Shown: positions 1 through 8,488 of the stretch, piece by piece
Numbering within the stretch: position 1 is the first letter of the stretch
Layout: the number at the start of each line of letters is the position of its first letter
Assembly: GCA_963770565.1 (NCBI GenBank)
Contig: CAVYQE010000006.1
Span: 96,001 to 160,000 of the forward strand
Reading direction: 5' to 3'
DNA: 64,000 bases
From: an uncultured Actinomycetota bacterium
GTDB taxonomy: Bacteria; Actinomycetota; Actinomycetes; JAFAQI01
The notes under the pieces: generated by a model
What the model saw: the letters and a program-made list of their open reading frames with translations, nothing else
Told to the model about the DNA's origin: nothing
The model's database searches: none
Made by a program: the position numbers and the translations under genes

Positions 1-1190
1 TCGACCACCTCGAGCCCGGTCGCGTCGCCGGTCAGGCCGAGGTCGAGCCGGGCCGCGACCCGGGCCAGGATCTCGCGGCCCCACAACGTGGCCGGGCCGA
101 GCAACGCCCACGGCCGCTCGGTCCCCAGCCAGCCGGCCAGCGCGGTCGCCAGGTCCTGCGGGATCGCCGATCCGGCCAGCCGCACCAGGCAATCGGCGCC
201 CCAGGTCGAGGCGGTCTCGGCATCGAGCCCGTCGCCGACCGTGACCGCGACGACCGAGCCGCCGGCGCCGACCAGGGCGGCCGCTTCGCCGAGCAGCTCG
301 CGCGCGTTGCGGTCGCGCCCCGGCTCGACCAGTACGGCGATCGAGCCGCCGTCCGGCGCTCGGTCGCGCGTCGCCGATGTGGTCGCGGAGTCCGACCGCG
401 CGTCATCGGACCAGAGATCGCCGAGCGTGTCGACCGCCTGCGAGACCTGCTCCTCGACGGTGCCGGTCAGCCGCAGTCCGGCGCGCGTGGTCGGGTGTAC
501 CCGGACCTCGCCGACCGTCGTGCGGCTCGCGGCATCGCCCCATGGCCCGCCGCCGAGATCGGCCGCGGTGACCACGCGAATCCGCTCGGCGGCGACCTCG
601 GCCCGCGCCGGCGGCGGCATCTTCGCCGGGTCGCAGAGTCGCTCGGCGCAGGCGATCACTGCGGGCAGCTGTGAAACGGCCTCGCGGTGGCCGGAGTCGT
701 GCTCGCAGCCGACCTGCACTCCGCCGCCTTCGAGCAGCGACAGCTCTCGGGCCGCGCCGAGGAACGGCCAGCCGAGCAGCTCGGCCACGGCCGGCCCGAC
801 CTGGCCGGTGTCGGCGTCGAGTGAGTTGCGCCCGACCAGCACGAGGTCGAACCCGCCGAGGTGCTCGATCACCGCGGCGAGTGCTCGCGCGGTCGCCAGC
901 GTGTCCGAACCGGCGAACTCGGGACCGCTCACCATCACTCCGTCGTCGGTGCCCCACGCAACTGCCTCGCGGAGCACGTCCTCGGCCGCGGGCGGACCGA
1001 GCGTGATCGCCGTACAGGTGCCGCCGGTCTCCCGGGCCAGCTCCACACCCTTGGCGACCGCGCGCCGGCAGTAGGCGCTCATCTCGAGCGGCCCGACGTC
1101 GCGGCGCAGCCGACCGTCCGGGCCCAGCTCGAGGTCTGCCAGGATCGGGATCTGCTTGACCAGCGCGGCTATCCGAATCGTGGCCGGCAC
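1..1190 (-). CDS. Fused electron transfer flavoprotein beta/alpha (FixA/FixB-like), runs off left edge
   Basis: Not in the ORF track (no stop inside the window). Manual translation from GTG at 1190: MPATIRIAALVKQIP...TLGPPAAEDVLREA...GSDTLATARALA...VGRNSLDADTGQVGP (ETF-beta), continuing in frame to ...GREILARVAARLDLGLTGDA (ETF-alpha). Confidence 0.85.
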   Translation of the reverse strand, partial: MPATIRIAALVKQIPILADLELGPDGRLRRDVGPLEMSAYCRRAVAKGVELARETGGTCTAITLGPPAAEDVLREAVAWGTDDGVMVSGPEFAGSDTLATARALAAVIEHLGGFDLVLVGRNSLDADTGQVGPAVAELLGWPFLGAARELSLLEGGGVQVGCEHDSGHREAVSQLPAVIACAERLCDPAKMPPPARAEVAAERIRVVTAADLGGGPWGDAASRTTVGEVRVHPTTRAGLRLTGTVEEQVSQAVDTLGDLWSDDARSDSATTSATRDRAPDGGSIAVLVEPGRDRNARELLGEAAALVGAGGSVVAVTVGDGLDAETASTWGADCLVRLAGSAIPQDLATALAGWLGTERPWALLGPATLWGREILARVAARLDLGLTGDATGLEVV

Positions 1191-1191
1191 G

Positions 1192-1209
1192 CAATCAGTA
1201 TACTCAGTT
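1192..1209. promoter_or_regulatory. Putative FadR/GntR operator 1, overlapping the -10 box of the ETF gene
   Basis: CAATC-AGTATACT-CAGTT between divergent ETF and SDR genes; on the minus strand TATACT lies 6 nt before the ETF GTG. Confidence 0.7.
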
Positions 1210-1230
1210 CCGGAGAGAGGACCACACAAC

Positions 1231-2130
1231 ATGGGGATGCTGGACGGGCGGGTCGCTGCCATCACCGGCGCCGGCCGCGGTCTCGGTCGCGAGCACGCGC
1301 TGCTGTTCGCCGCGGAGGGCGCGAAGGTCGTCGTCAACGATCTCGGCGGTGACATCGGCGGCACCGGCGCCGACGCTACGCCGGCTCAGCAGGTGGTCGA
1401 CGAGATCAAGGCCGCGGGCGGCGAGGCGGTCGCCGACGGCAGCGACATCACGACCGCCGACGGTGCTGACGCACTGGTCGCAAAGGCGGTAGACACGTAC
1501 GGCGACCTGCACGCGCTGGTCAACAACGCCGGCATCCTGCGCGACCGGATGCTCGTCAACATGACCGACGAGGAGTGGGACGAGGTCATGCGGGTGCACC
1601 TGCGCGGGCACTTCATGCCCACCCGCGCGGCGGCGCGGCACTGGCGCGAGCGGTCGCAGGCGGGCGAGCAGCCGAACGCGTCGCTGACCAACACCTCGTC
1701 GACGTCCGGGCTGTTCGGCAACGTCGGGCAATCCAACTACGGCGCGGCGAAGTCGGGGATCGCGTCGTTCACCCAGATCTGCCAGATGGAGCTGCAGAAG
1801 TACGGCGTGCGCTGCAACGCGATCGCGCCGGTCGCACGCACCCGCCTCACCCTGGCGACACCGGGCCTCGGCGACCGGATCCAGCCGAAAGAGGGCGAGT
1901 TCGACCGGTACGACCCGGCCAACGTCTCGCCGTTCGTCGCCTACCTCGCGACCGCCGGCTGCCGGATCGCGGGCAAGGTCTTCTTCGTGCAGGGCAACGG
2001 CGTCCACCTGTTCCAGCCGTGGTCGGTCGTCGACCGGATCACCACCGACGGCCGCTGGACCGTCGAGGGCCTCGCCGAGGCCGCCGACCACTGGGCCGAC
2101 GTCGAGTTCGACCTCGGCAAGCCGTACTGA
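1231..2130 (+). CDS. SDR family oxidoreductase (3-hydroxyacyl-CoA dehydrogenase/FabG-like)
   Basis: TGAGRGLG, NNAGILRD and NYGAAK motifs; GGAGAGAGG RBS before ATG 1231. Confidence 0.9.
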   Translation: MGMLDGRVAAITGAGRGLGREHALLFAAEGAKVVVNDLGGDIGGTGADATPAQQVVDEIKAAGGEAVADGSDITTADGADALVAKAVDTYGDLHALVNNAGILRDRMLVNMTDEEWDEVMRVHLRGHFMPTRAAARHWRERSQAGEQPNASLTNTSSTSGLFGNVGQSNYGAAKSGIASFTQICQMELQKYGVRCNAIAPVARTRLTLATPGLGDRIQPKEGEFDRYDPANVSPFVAYLATAGCRIAGKVFFVQGNGVHLFQPWSVVDRITTDGRWTVEGLAEAADHWADVEFDLGKPY

Positions 2131-2144
2131 GCGAGAATCACCCT

Positions 2145-3245
2145 GTGAACCTGATCCTCGACGAGGAGCACAAGGCGTTCCGGCGCTCGGTGCGCTCGTT
2201 CGTCGAGGCGAAGTCGCCCTCGGCCGAGGTACGCCGGCTGATCGACTCGCCGACCGGCTACGACGACGCGACCTGGCGGCAGATGTCCGACCAGCTTGGC
2301 CTGCCCGCGCTCGCGATCCCCGAGCAGTACGGCGGGGGCGGTGGCGGGATGCTCGAGGTCGCGATCGTGATGGCCGAGCTTGGCCGCTCGCTGCTGACCA
2401 CTCCTTATCTCTCTACTGCTGTCATCGCGCCGGCGTTGTTGCTGGCGGGCGACGTCGATGCGACCGCGAGCGACCTGCTGAAGCGGATCGCCGAGGGCGC
2501 GGTGACGGTCGCGGTCGCGCTGGCAACTGACGGCGACGCGGGGGTATCGGTGTCGGCCGTGTCGGACGGCGATGGCTGGGCGCTCAGCGGCCAGGCGGAG
2601 TTCGTGATCGACGGCGCGCAGGCCGAGGTGCTGCTGGTGCCGGCGAGCACGGCTGACGGCGTTCGTCTGTTCAGCGTGGCCGGTGACGCGCCTGGCGTGA
2701 CGCGTACTGCGCTCGAGACGCTCGACGGCACTCGGCGGCAGGCGGTCGTCGAGCTCGATGCCGCTACGGGCTCCGCGATCGGCGGGGTGGATGACGCCGC
2801 CTTGGCACATGCTGCGGACATCGCCGCGATCGCAATCGCGGCCGAGCAGCTCGGCGGCGCGGAGCGGTGCCTGGAGATGGCGACCGAGTACGCGAAGCTG
2901 CGCCAGCAGTTCGGCCGCGCGATCGGCAGCTTCCAGGCGGTCAAGCACATGTGCGCGGACATGCTGATCGAGGTGGAGAGCGCGCGCTCGACCGTGCTCT
3001 ACGCGGCGTGGGTCGCCGACCACGAGCCGGAGTCGCTGTCCGAGGCGGCGAGCCTCGCGAAGGCCCGTGCATCGGACGCGTTCACCACGGTCGCCGCGAC
3101 CAACATCCAGGTGCACGGCGGGATCGGCTTCACCTGGGAGCACGACGCACACCTCTACTACCGGCGCGCGAACTCGACCGCGCAGCTGTTCGGCGACGCG
3201 CGTCGGCATCGCCGCCGCCTCGCCGAGACCCTGGGGCTGATGTGA
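2145..3245 (+). CDS. Acyl-CoA dehydrogenase, partner subunit of a FadE-type pair
   Basis: RQQFGRAIGSFQAVKH and QVHGGIGFTWEHDAH motifs; GTG start at 2145 inside the longer track ORF. Confidence 0.9.
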   Translation: MNLILDEEHKAFRRSVRSFVEAKSPSAEVRRLIDSPTGYDDATWRQMSDQLGLPALAIPEQYGGGGGGMLEVAIVMAELGRSLLTTPYLSTAVIAPALLLAGDVDATASDLLKRIAEGAVTVAVALATDGDAGVSVSAVSDGDGWALSGQAEFVIDGAQAEVLLVPASTADGVRLFSVAGDAPGVTRTALETLDGTRRQAVVELDAATGSAIGGVDDAALAHAADIAAIAIAAEQLGGAERCLEMATEYAKLRQQFGRAIGSFQAVKHMCADMLIEVESARSTVLYAAWVADHEPESLSEAASLAKARASDAFTTVAATNIQVHGGIGFTWEHDAHLYYRRANSTAQLFGDARRHRRRLAETLGLM

Positions 3246-4471
3246 GCGCCATTCCTTTGGATGCGTTCCGGGAGCGGGTACGTGACTGGCTCGCCGCCGA
3301 GGCGCCGGCGCGCGGTTGGGGCCGCGACGAGTCGCGCAGCGCGTCCGCCGTACGTCCGAAAGCCGGCGACGCCGACGCGATCACCCGCTACCTCGCCCGC
3401 GCCCGCGAGTGCCAGCAGGCGTTGTACGACGCGGGGTTCGCGGGGATCAGCTGGCCGACCGAGTACGGCGGGCAGGGGCTGACCAACCGCGAGCAGGTCG
3501 TGTTCAACGAGGAGAGCCAGGACTACGACCTGCCGCTGATCCCGTACACGATCGGGCTCGGCATGTGCGGGCCGACCGTGCTAGCGGTCGGGACCGACGC
3601 GCAGAAGGAGCGGCACATCCGGCCGATGCTGCGCGGCGAGGAGATCTGGTGCCAGATGTTCTCCGAGCCGGGCGCGGGCTCCGACGTGGCCGGACTGTCG
3701 ACGAGGGCCGAGCGCGATGACGACGGCTGGCGGATCAACGGGCAGAAGGTATGGACGTCCGGCGCGCACTACTGCAAGTGGGGCATGCTCCTCGCGCGCA
3801 CCAACGTCGACGTGCCGAAGCATCGCGGGCTGACCATGTTCATCGTCGACATGGAGGCGCCGGGTGTGACGGTGCGGCCGCTGCGGCAGATGAACGGCTC
3901 GTCCGGCTTCAACGAGGTGTTCTTCGACGACCTGGTCGTGCCGGTCGACGCGGTGCTCGGCGGGGTCGACGACGGCTGGCGGACGTCGCTCGTCACGTTG
4001 ATGAACGAGCGCGTTGCGATCGGCGCCGGCCGGCCGACCGGCGAGATCCCGACCGCGGCCGCGCTGGCCGAGCTGGCGACCCGGCGCGGGTTGGCGTCCG
4101 ACGGCGACCTGGCCGACTCGATCGCCGGGGTCTACGTGCGGGAGCGGGTGCTCGGCCTGCTCAGCAACCGGATCAACGCGGCGATCCTGCAGGACAGGGC
4201 GCCCGGGCCGGAAGGCTCGGTCGCCAAGCTGGTCGCAACCGACCTCGCCCGCCGAGCTGCGGCGCTCGCCGTACAGATCGCCGGCCCGGCCGCGCAGGCG
4301 TGGTCGGCCGACGACCTGAGCGGAGATCACTGGGCCGCGGTGCTGCTGATGACGCCCGGCCTCTCGATCGCCGGCGGCACCGACGAGATCATGCGCAACA
4401 TCCTCGGCGAACGAGTTCTCGGCCTCCCCAAGGAACCCCGCCTCGACACCGGCCCGGTCAACCGCCACTGA
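3242..4471 (+). CDS. Acyl-CoA dehydrogenase
   Basis: WCQMFSEPGAGSDVA, INGQKVWTS, FNEVFFDD and AGGTDEIMRN motifs; GTGA overlap with the upstream ACAD. Confidence 0.92.
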   Translation: MSAIPLDAFRERVRDWLAAEAPARGWGRDESRSASAVRPKAGDADAITRYLARARECQQALYDAGFAGISWPTEYGGQGLTNREQVVFNEESQDYDLPLIPYTIGLGMCGPTVLAVGTDAQKERHIRPMLRGEEIWCQMFSEPGAGSDVAGLSTRAERDDDGWRINGQKVWTSGAHYCKWGMLLARTNVDVPKHRGLTMFIVDMEAPGVTVRPLRQMNGSSGFNEVFFDDLVVPVDAVLGGVDDGWRTSLVTLMNERVAIGAGRPTGEIPTAAALAELATRRGLASDGDLADSIAGVYVRERVLGLLSNRINAAILQDRAPGPEGSVAKLVATDLARRAAALAVQIAGPAAQAWSADDLSGDHWAAVLLMTPGLSIAGGTDEIMRNILGERVLGLPKEPRLDTGPVNRH

Positions 4472-4535
4472 TCTTCGCCTGCGCGACCGTTTTTCGCCCG
4501 ACACGCCGTAGAAGTGGTCGCGAGCGCGAAGATCA
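4469..4535. repeat. Imperfect inverted repeat (REP-like hairpin or terminator)
   Basis: TGATCTTCGC...GCGAAGATCA ends, inner CGCGACC/GGTCGCG pairing, CGACACGCCG in the loop. Confidence 0.6.
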
Positions 4536-4603
4536 CGAGGACCGGATCTCCCGGTTTCGTCTCGACCCCAGGAAGGCCCCTATGGATAGCAACGGCGCTT
4601 CAG

Positions 4604-4644
4604 CGGCGGCCAGGGCACAACGATGATCGTTGCCCTGGCCGTCG
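4604..4644. repeat. Second hairpin in the same intergenic region
   Basis: CGGCGGCCAGGGCA...TGCCCTGGCCGTCG with inner CAACGAT/ATCGTTG. Confidence 0.5.
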
Positions 4645-4719
4645 TGGCGGTCGGAACTCCGGCCACGGTGTTCGCCGCCACCGGCACCTCGGTGTGGATC
4701 ACCTGTGGCATCGGTTCGC

Positions 4720-4848
4720 GGCGGACTGGGCTTGGAGGCGTTCTACGAGCAGCTCGGCTGGCAGGTGACTGGAACCCATCCGGCAGCGCTCCGGCTCGGC
4801 CCCGACGACATCCGGGACGAGGTCTTCATGGCGTTGACGAGCCTCTAG
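4720..4848 (+). pseudogene. C-terminal remnant of a GNAT N-acetyltransferase
   Basis: VRGGLGLEAFYEQLGWQVTGTHPAALRLGPDDIRDEVFM resembles the GNAT motif B and C-terminus; no matching N-terminal part is in frame. Confidence 0.55.
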
Positions 4849-4948
4849 CGACTGCGTGATCGGCCTGGCCGACCCCGCGACCGCCCGGTCGTGGCTGGCC
4901 TCCCTCGACCAGTTCTGAAGCAATGTGACATTGCCTTGTGCGCGTTGG

Positions 4949-6418
4949 CTAGGTGATTTCGAAGGACTTTGTCGCCGGGGTCTTGTCCTTGCCGCCGGGC
5001 CCGATGGCTCGAACCCTGAAGGTGTAGCGGGCCGGCTTGAGGCCGTGGTAGGCCTTGGGCGAACGGCAGGACCGGAAGGACGCGTGCTTCGCGGCGGGCT
5101 TCAGCTCGCATTGGAAGCCGGTCACCGCTCCGGATGCCGAGAACCTGACGATGACGCTTGATGACCCGACGGTGAGCTTCGTGATCCGCGTCTTTGGCGC
5201 CCGGGCCCGTTCATACGCACCGATGTCGCACTTCTTGCCCTGTGGCCGGTGGACGCCGCGCTGATCGGTCGATGGGCAGCGGCCGTGACCCGCCGGGATG
5301 TGATTGATCGCGGGGCTGTTAGCAGCGAGCGCGAGCGTCTTGGTGGGCCCACCGTTGTCGCGCAGCGCGCCGAGGTCCGGCTTCTTACCCTGCAGATCAC
5401 CGGTCGAGCCGAAGCCGCAGTCCGTTCCGCTCTCGAGGTTGTAGCCCAGCGAGTGGATCCCGGCGCTTCCGTCGCAGTTGGTGTGGGTGGTGACGCCGGC
5501 CGCGACTTCGACGTTGTCGGACACGATCGAGCCTTGGATCTCGATCGACCCGTTGCCGTCGGCAATGCCCGCGCCTGGTCCGCGTGGGGCGCCACCCCCC
5601 TCGGCCTTTACGACGTTGCCGGCGATGGTGGAACTGACGATGCGCACGGTGTTGGTCGGGTCGTTCCAGCTGAAGACACCACCCACCAGTCGCGCGTTGT
5701 TGCCCGTGATGGTCGAGTTCTCGATGAGGAGGTGGCCCGGAAGATCCGGTGTCGGGCCGCTTGCCGGAGCCCCGAAGTTCTGGATGCCGCCGGAGTCACC
5801 GCCACCGCAGCCGGCCTGATTGCCCGATATCAGCGTGCGCTCGATCTCCATCGTCCCGCCGTAGTTCGTGACCCCGGCGCCTGAGCACGCGAATCCGTTG
5901 GTGATCCAGTCACCGATCAGGTTGAGGTAGCCGGTGCTCAACACGTCGCCACCGAAGGCGCCGTTGGAGGTGTTGGCGGTCCCGCCGGTGATGGTGACCC
6001 CCTCGATCGTGACGATCGGCGTGAGCTCTCCGGCGATGGCATGGATGTCGAACACCCGATCGCCCAACGAGGTCCGGCTGGTCGGGACCGGCATCGCGAT
6101 GGTGGTCTTGTTCGCGCCGGCACCCACGATTGTCATGCTCTTATTGATGACGAGGGCGCCTATCACGGTGTTGAGGACGTACTTGCCGGCGGGCAGCTTG
6201 ATGGTGTCCGGTGGGTTCGGGGTGGCCTCGGCGGTAGCGATCAGCTGGCGCAACGAACATGGTCCCCCCGAACAGGCTGATCCCGTGTTGTCGCTCGTCG
6301 TCCCCACCGTGTAGGTGGTGGCCAGCGCTCGGTCAGCCGTGCCGACCAGGAGGCCGGACCAGGCCAGCAGCACAACACTGACCGCGCCGATCCTGGCGTT
6401 TGTCGGGCGCCCGATCAC
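4949..6418 (-). CDS. Secreted CSLREA / beta-helix / choice-of-anchor Q protein with a C-terminal Ig-like module
   Basis: Signal peptide ending ALA; CSLRQLI motif; G/N/T-rich repeats; DNGGPTKTLAL...SPAIN...TDQRGVHRPQG..CDIGAYE. Confidence 0.8.
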   Translation of the reverse strand: MIGRPTNARIGAVSVVLLAWSGLLVGTADRALATTYTVGTTSDNTGSACSGGPCSLRQLIATAEATPNPPDTIKLPAGKYVLNTVIGALVINKSMTIVGAGANKTTIAMPVPTSRTSLGDRVFDIHAIAGELTPIVTIEGVTITGGTANTSNGAFGGDVLSTGYLNLIGDWITNGFACSGAGVTNYGGTMEIERTLISGNQAGCGGGDSGGIQNFGAPASGPTPDLPGHLLIENSTITGNNARLVGGVFSWNDPTNTVRIVSSTIAGNVVKAEGGGAPRGPGAGIADGNGSIEIQGSIVSDNVEVAAGVTTHTNCDGSAGIHSLGYNLESGTDCGFGSTGDLQGKKPDLGALRDNGGPTKTLALAANSPAINHIPAGHGRCPSTDQRGVHRPQGKKCDIGAYERARAPKTRITKLTVGSSSVIVRFSASGAVTGFQCELKPAAKHASFRSCRSPKAYHGLKPARYTFRVRAIGPGGKDKTPATKSFEIT

Positions 6419-6490
6419 GTGAGCCTCCAGCCGGGTGCCGACGCGACACCGCTGCGAGGATTCTAGGCAATCGCTCGGCGGTGCGAACCC

Positions 6491-7510
6491 TCAACTGGTC
6501 GGCAGCGAGTGGAGGCCCGACACCAGGTCGGACCACTCTTCGGGTCGCTCTTCGATCGGGGCGGTGAAGCTGATCCGGTCGACCAGGCCGTCGTACCGGT
6601 CGTGGATCAGCCGCGGCAGATCCTTCATGTCACCGACGATCGCGAACGTGTCGAGCATGTCGTCGTCGATCAGCGCCGGCATCTCGGTCCAGGCGCCGCG
6701 CTTCGCGAGCGCGGCGAGCTCCGGCTGCAGATCGCCCCAGCCATGCAGCTCGAGGATCGGCTTGTACGTCGGGGTCGACGCGTAGAAGGCGAGCTTGTCG
6801 CGCACCCACGCGTCGGCGTTTGCGCGCTCCTCGTCGTTGGTCCCGGTGACGAGGAAGAGCGGCCGGCAGATGTCGATGTCGGCGCGGGTCCGGCCGGCCT
6901 TCGACAGGCCGAGCTCCAACGCCGGTACGGCGACCTCGCGCAGGTACTTCTCGGTGGTCAGCCCGTGCACGAAGACGCCGTCCGCAACCTCGCCCGCGGT
7001 CTCGGTCATCTTCGGCCCGACCGCGGCGATGAAGATCGGCGGCACTCCGTACTCGCTGACCGGCGGGGCGAAGAACGGCGTCATCAACGTGTGCGTGTAG
7101 AGCTCACCGCGGAAGTCCAGCGCGGTGCCGTCCTGCCAGCTCGCCCAGATCGCGCGGATCGCCAGCACGAGTTCGCGCATCCGCGCGACCGGCGGCTCGT
7201 ACGTCGCGCTGTAGCGGCGTTCGATGTGGGCGCGGACCTGCGAACCGAGGCCGAGGACGAACCGGCCCTTCGAATAGTGGTGCAGGTCGCGCGCGGTGTA
7301 GGCCAGGTGCATCGGGCTGCGCGGAAACGCGACCGCGATCGCGGTCCCGATCGTGATTCGCTCGGTCGCACCGGCGGCGAGAAGCAGCGGCAGGAACGGG
7401 TCATTCGCGGTTTCGGTGGCCCAGATCCCGTCGAACCCGACCTCTTCGGCCCGCCGACCGAAGTCGGCGGCGCCGTCGAGGCCGACGTTGAGAATGCTGT
7501 GAACCTTCAT
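6491..7510 (-). CDS. LLM class, probably F420-dependent, oxidoreductase (TIGR03617-like)
   Basis: ETANDPFLPL, GTAIAVAFPRSP, GRFVLGLGSQVRAHIERRY, FYASTPTY motifs; ATG at 7510. Confidence 0.88.
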   Translation of the reverse strand: MKVHSILNVGLDGAADFGRRAEEVGFDGIWATETANDPFLPLLLAAGATERITIGTAIAVAFPRSPMHLAYTARDLHHYSKGRFVLGLGSQVRAHIERRYSATYEPPVARMRELVLAIRAIWASWQDGTALDFRGELYTHTLMTPFFAPPVSEYGVPPIFIAAVGPKMTETAGEVADGVFVHGLTTEKYLREVAVPALELGLSKAGRTRADIDICRPLFLVTGTNDEERANADAWVRDKLAFYASTPTYKPILELHGWGDLQPELAALAKRGAWTEMPALIDDDMLDTFAIVGDMKDLPRLIHDRYDGLVDRISFTAPIEERPEEWSDLVSGLHSLPTS

Positions 7511-7533
7511 CAACGCCGCTGTCCCCTCCTGCG

Positions 7534-7551
7534 AATACGGTATCCTGAATT
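7534..7551. promoter_or_regulatory. Putative operator 2
   Basis: AAT-AC-GGTATCCT-GA-ATT upstream of the LLM gene. Confidence 0.7.
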
Positions 7552-7600
7552 TGCGGGCTTGTCCGCTGCCGTGGGAACTCTGGGCGGCGCGCCGCAGGCC

Positions 7601-7659
7601 CAACCCCACCAATGGGCCACGCGTGGGGCTATAGCCCCACCAATGGGCCATGCGGGTGG
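7601..7659. repeat. Intergenic repeat family A, copy 1
   Basis: CAACCCCACCAATGGGCCACGC-GTGGGGCTATAGCCCCAC-CAATGGGCCATGCGGGTGG; perfect 18-bp palindrome at 7623-7640. Confidence 0.85.
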
Positions 7660-7677
7660 CTGAGGCCCGCCGAGCTC

Positions 7678-8412
7678 TTAGCGGCCGACGACGTACCCGC
7701 GGACCGAGTCGAGGTGGCGGGCCATCCGCCGCTCAGCGGTGTCGGGATCGCCGGCGATGACCGCCTCGCCGATCCGGGCATGCGCGTGGTGCACCTCGTT
7801 CGCGACCCGGTCGAGCGACTTGGCGCGCGGCGCCTGCTCGCCGAGCACCCGGCTGATCATCTGCACGAACAGGCTCATCGCCGGGTTGTCGGTCAGCTCC
7901 GCGATCAGCACGTGGAAGTCGTGGGACGGCAGGTCGCCCTTGGGCCGGCTCGAGCGGCGGGTTCGCTTGATCTGCTGGAGCTCGTTGTCGAGGAAGGCCT
8001 GCATCCGGGCCGCGCCTTCGGGGGTGATCCGCTCCGCAGCCAGCCGCACGCACGACAGCTCGAGCGCGTTGCGGGCCTCGATCACTTGACTGGGCTTGAT
8101 GTCCTCGAACCGAAGCTGCAACGACACCGCCCGCACGACCGCGCCGAGGTCGGGCTCGGTGACGACCAGCCCGCCGCCGGGCCCGCGGCGCATCTCGGCG
8201 ACGCCATGGTGGTCGACGATCCGCATCGCCTCGCGGAAGACCGCACGGCTGACGCCGTACCGTTCGATCAGGTCCGCCTCGGAGCCGAGCACTGTGCCGA
8301 CCTGCCGGTCGCCGGCGATGATCTCGTCCTCGATGTGCTGCGCGAGGATCTCGCCGAGCTTGCGGTAGTCGCCGTTCTTCCGCACCGGAAGATCGCGCTT
8401 GGCCGCTGGCAT
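7678..8412 (-). CDS. GntR family, FadR subfamily transcriptional regulator (wHTH + FCD)
   Basis: GSEADLIERYGVSRAVFREA, RRGPGGG and DFHVLIAELTDNP motifs; TACATT -10-like box 7 nt before ATG 8412 (leaderless layout). Confidence 0.9.
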   Translation of the reverse strand: MPAAKRDLPVRKNGDYRKLGEILAQHIEDEIIAGDRQVGTVLGSEADLIERYGVSRAVFREAMRIVDHHGVAEMRRGPGGGLVVTEPDLGAVVRAVSLQLRFEDIKPSQVIEARNALELSCVRLAAERITPEGAARMQAFLDNELQQIKRTRRSSRPKGDLPSHDFHVLIAELTDNPAMSLFVQMISRVLGEQAPRAKSLDRVANEVHHAHARIGEAVIAGDPDTAERRMARHLDSVRGYVVGR

Positions 8413-8488
8413 GGTTAGCAATGTAGTGGTCGATCCCCGCCCCACGACGCTCCTTCGACTGATCGGTTCTCCGAGTGTCAAGCCACAG

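Noticed and set aside
88-1194. Track ORFs 88..1074 (+) and 403..1194 (-)
   Set aside because: Shadow frames of the real ETF fusion, which is on the minus strand in another frame and runs off the window.
6452-6469. AGGATTCT upstream of the anchor-Q gene as another operator
   Set aside because: The core AC is broken and the flanks are GC-rich; it is better explained as a TAGAAT -10 box on the minus strand.
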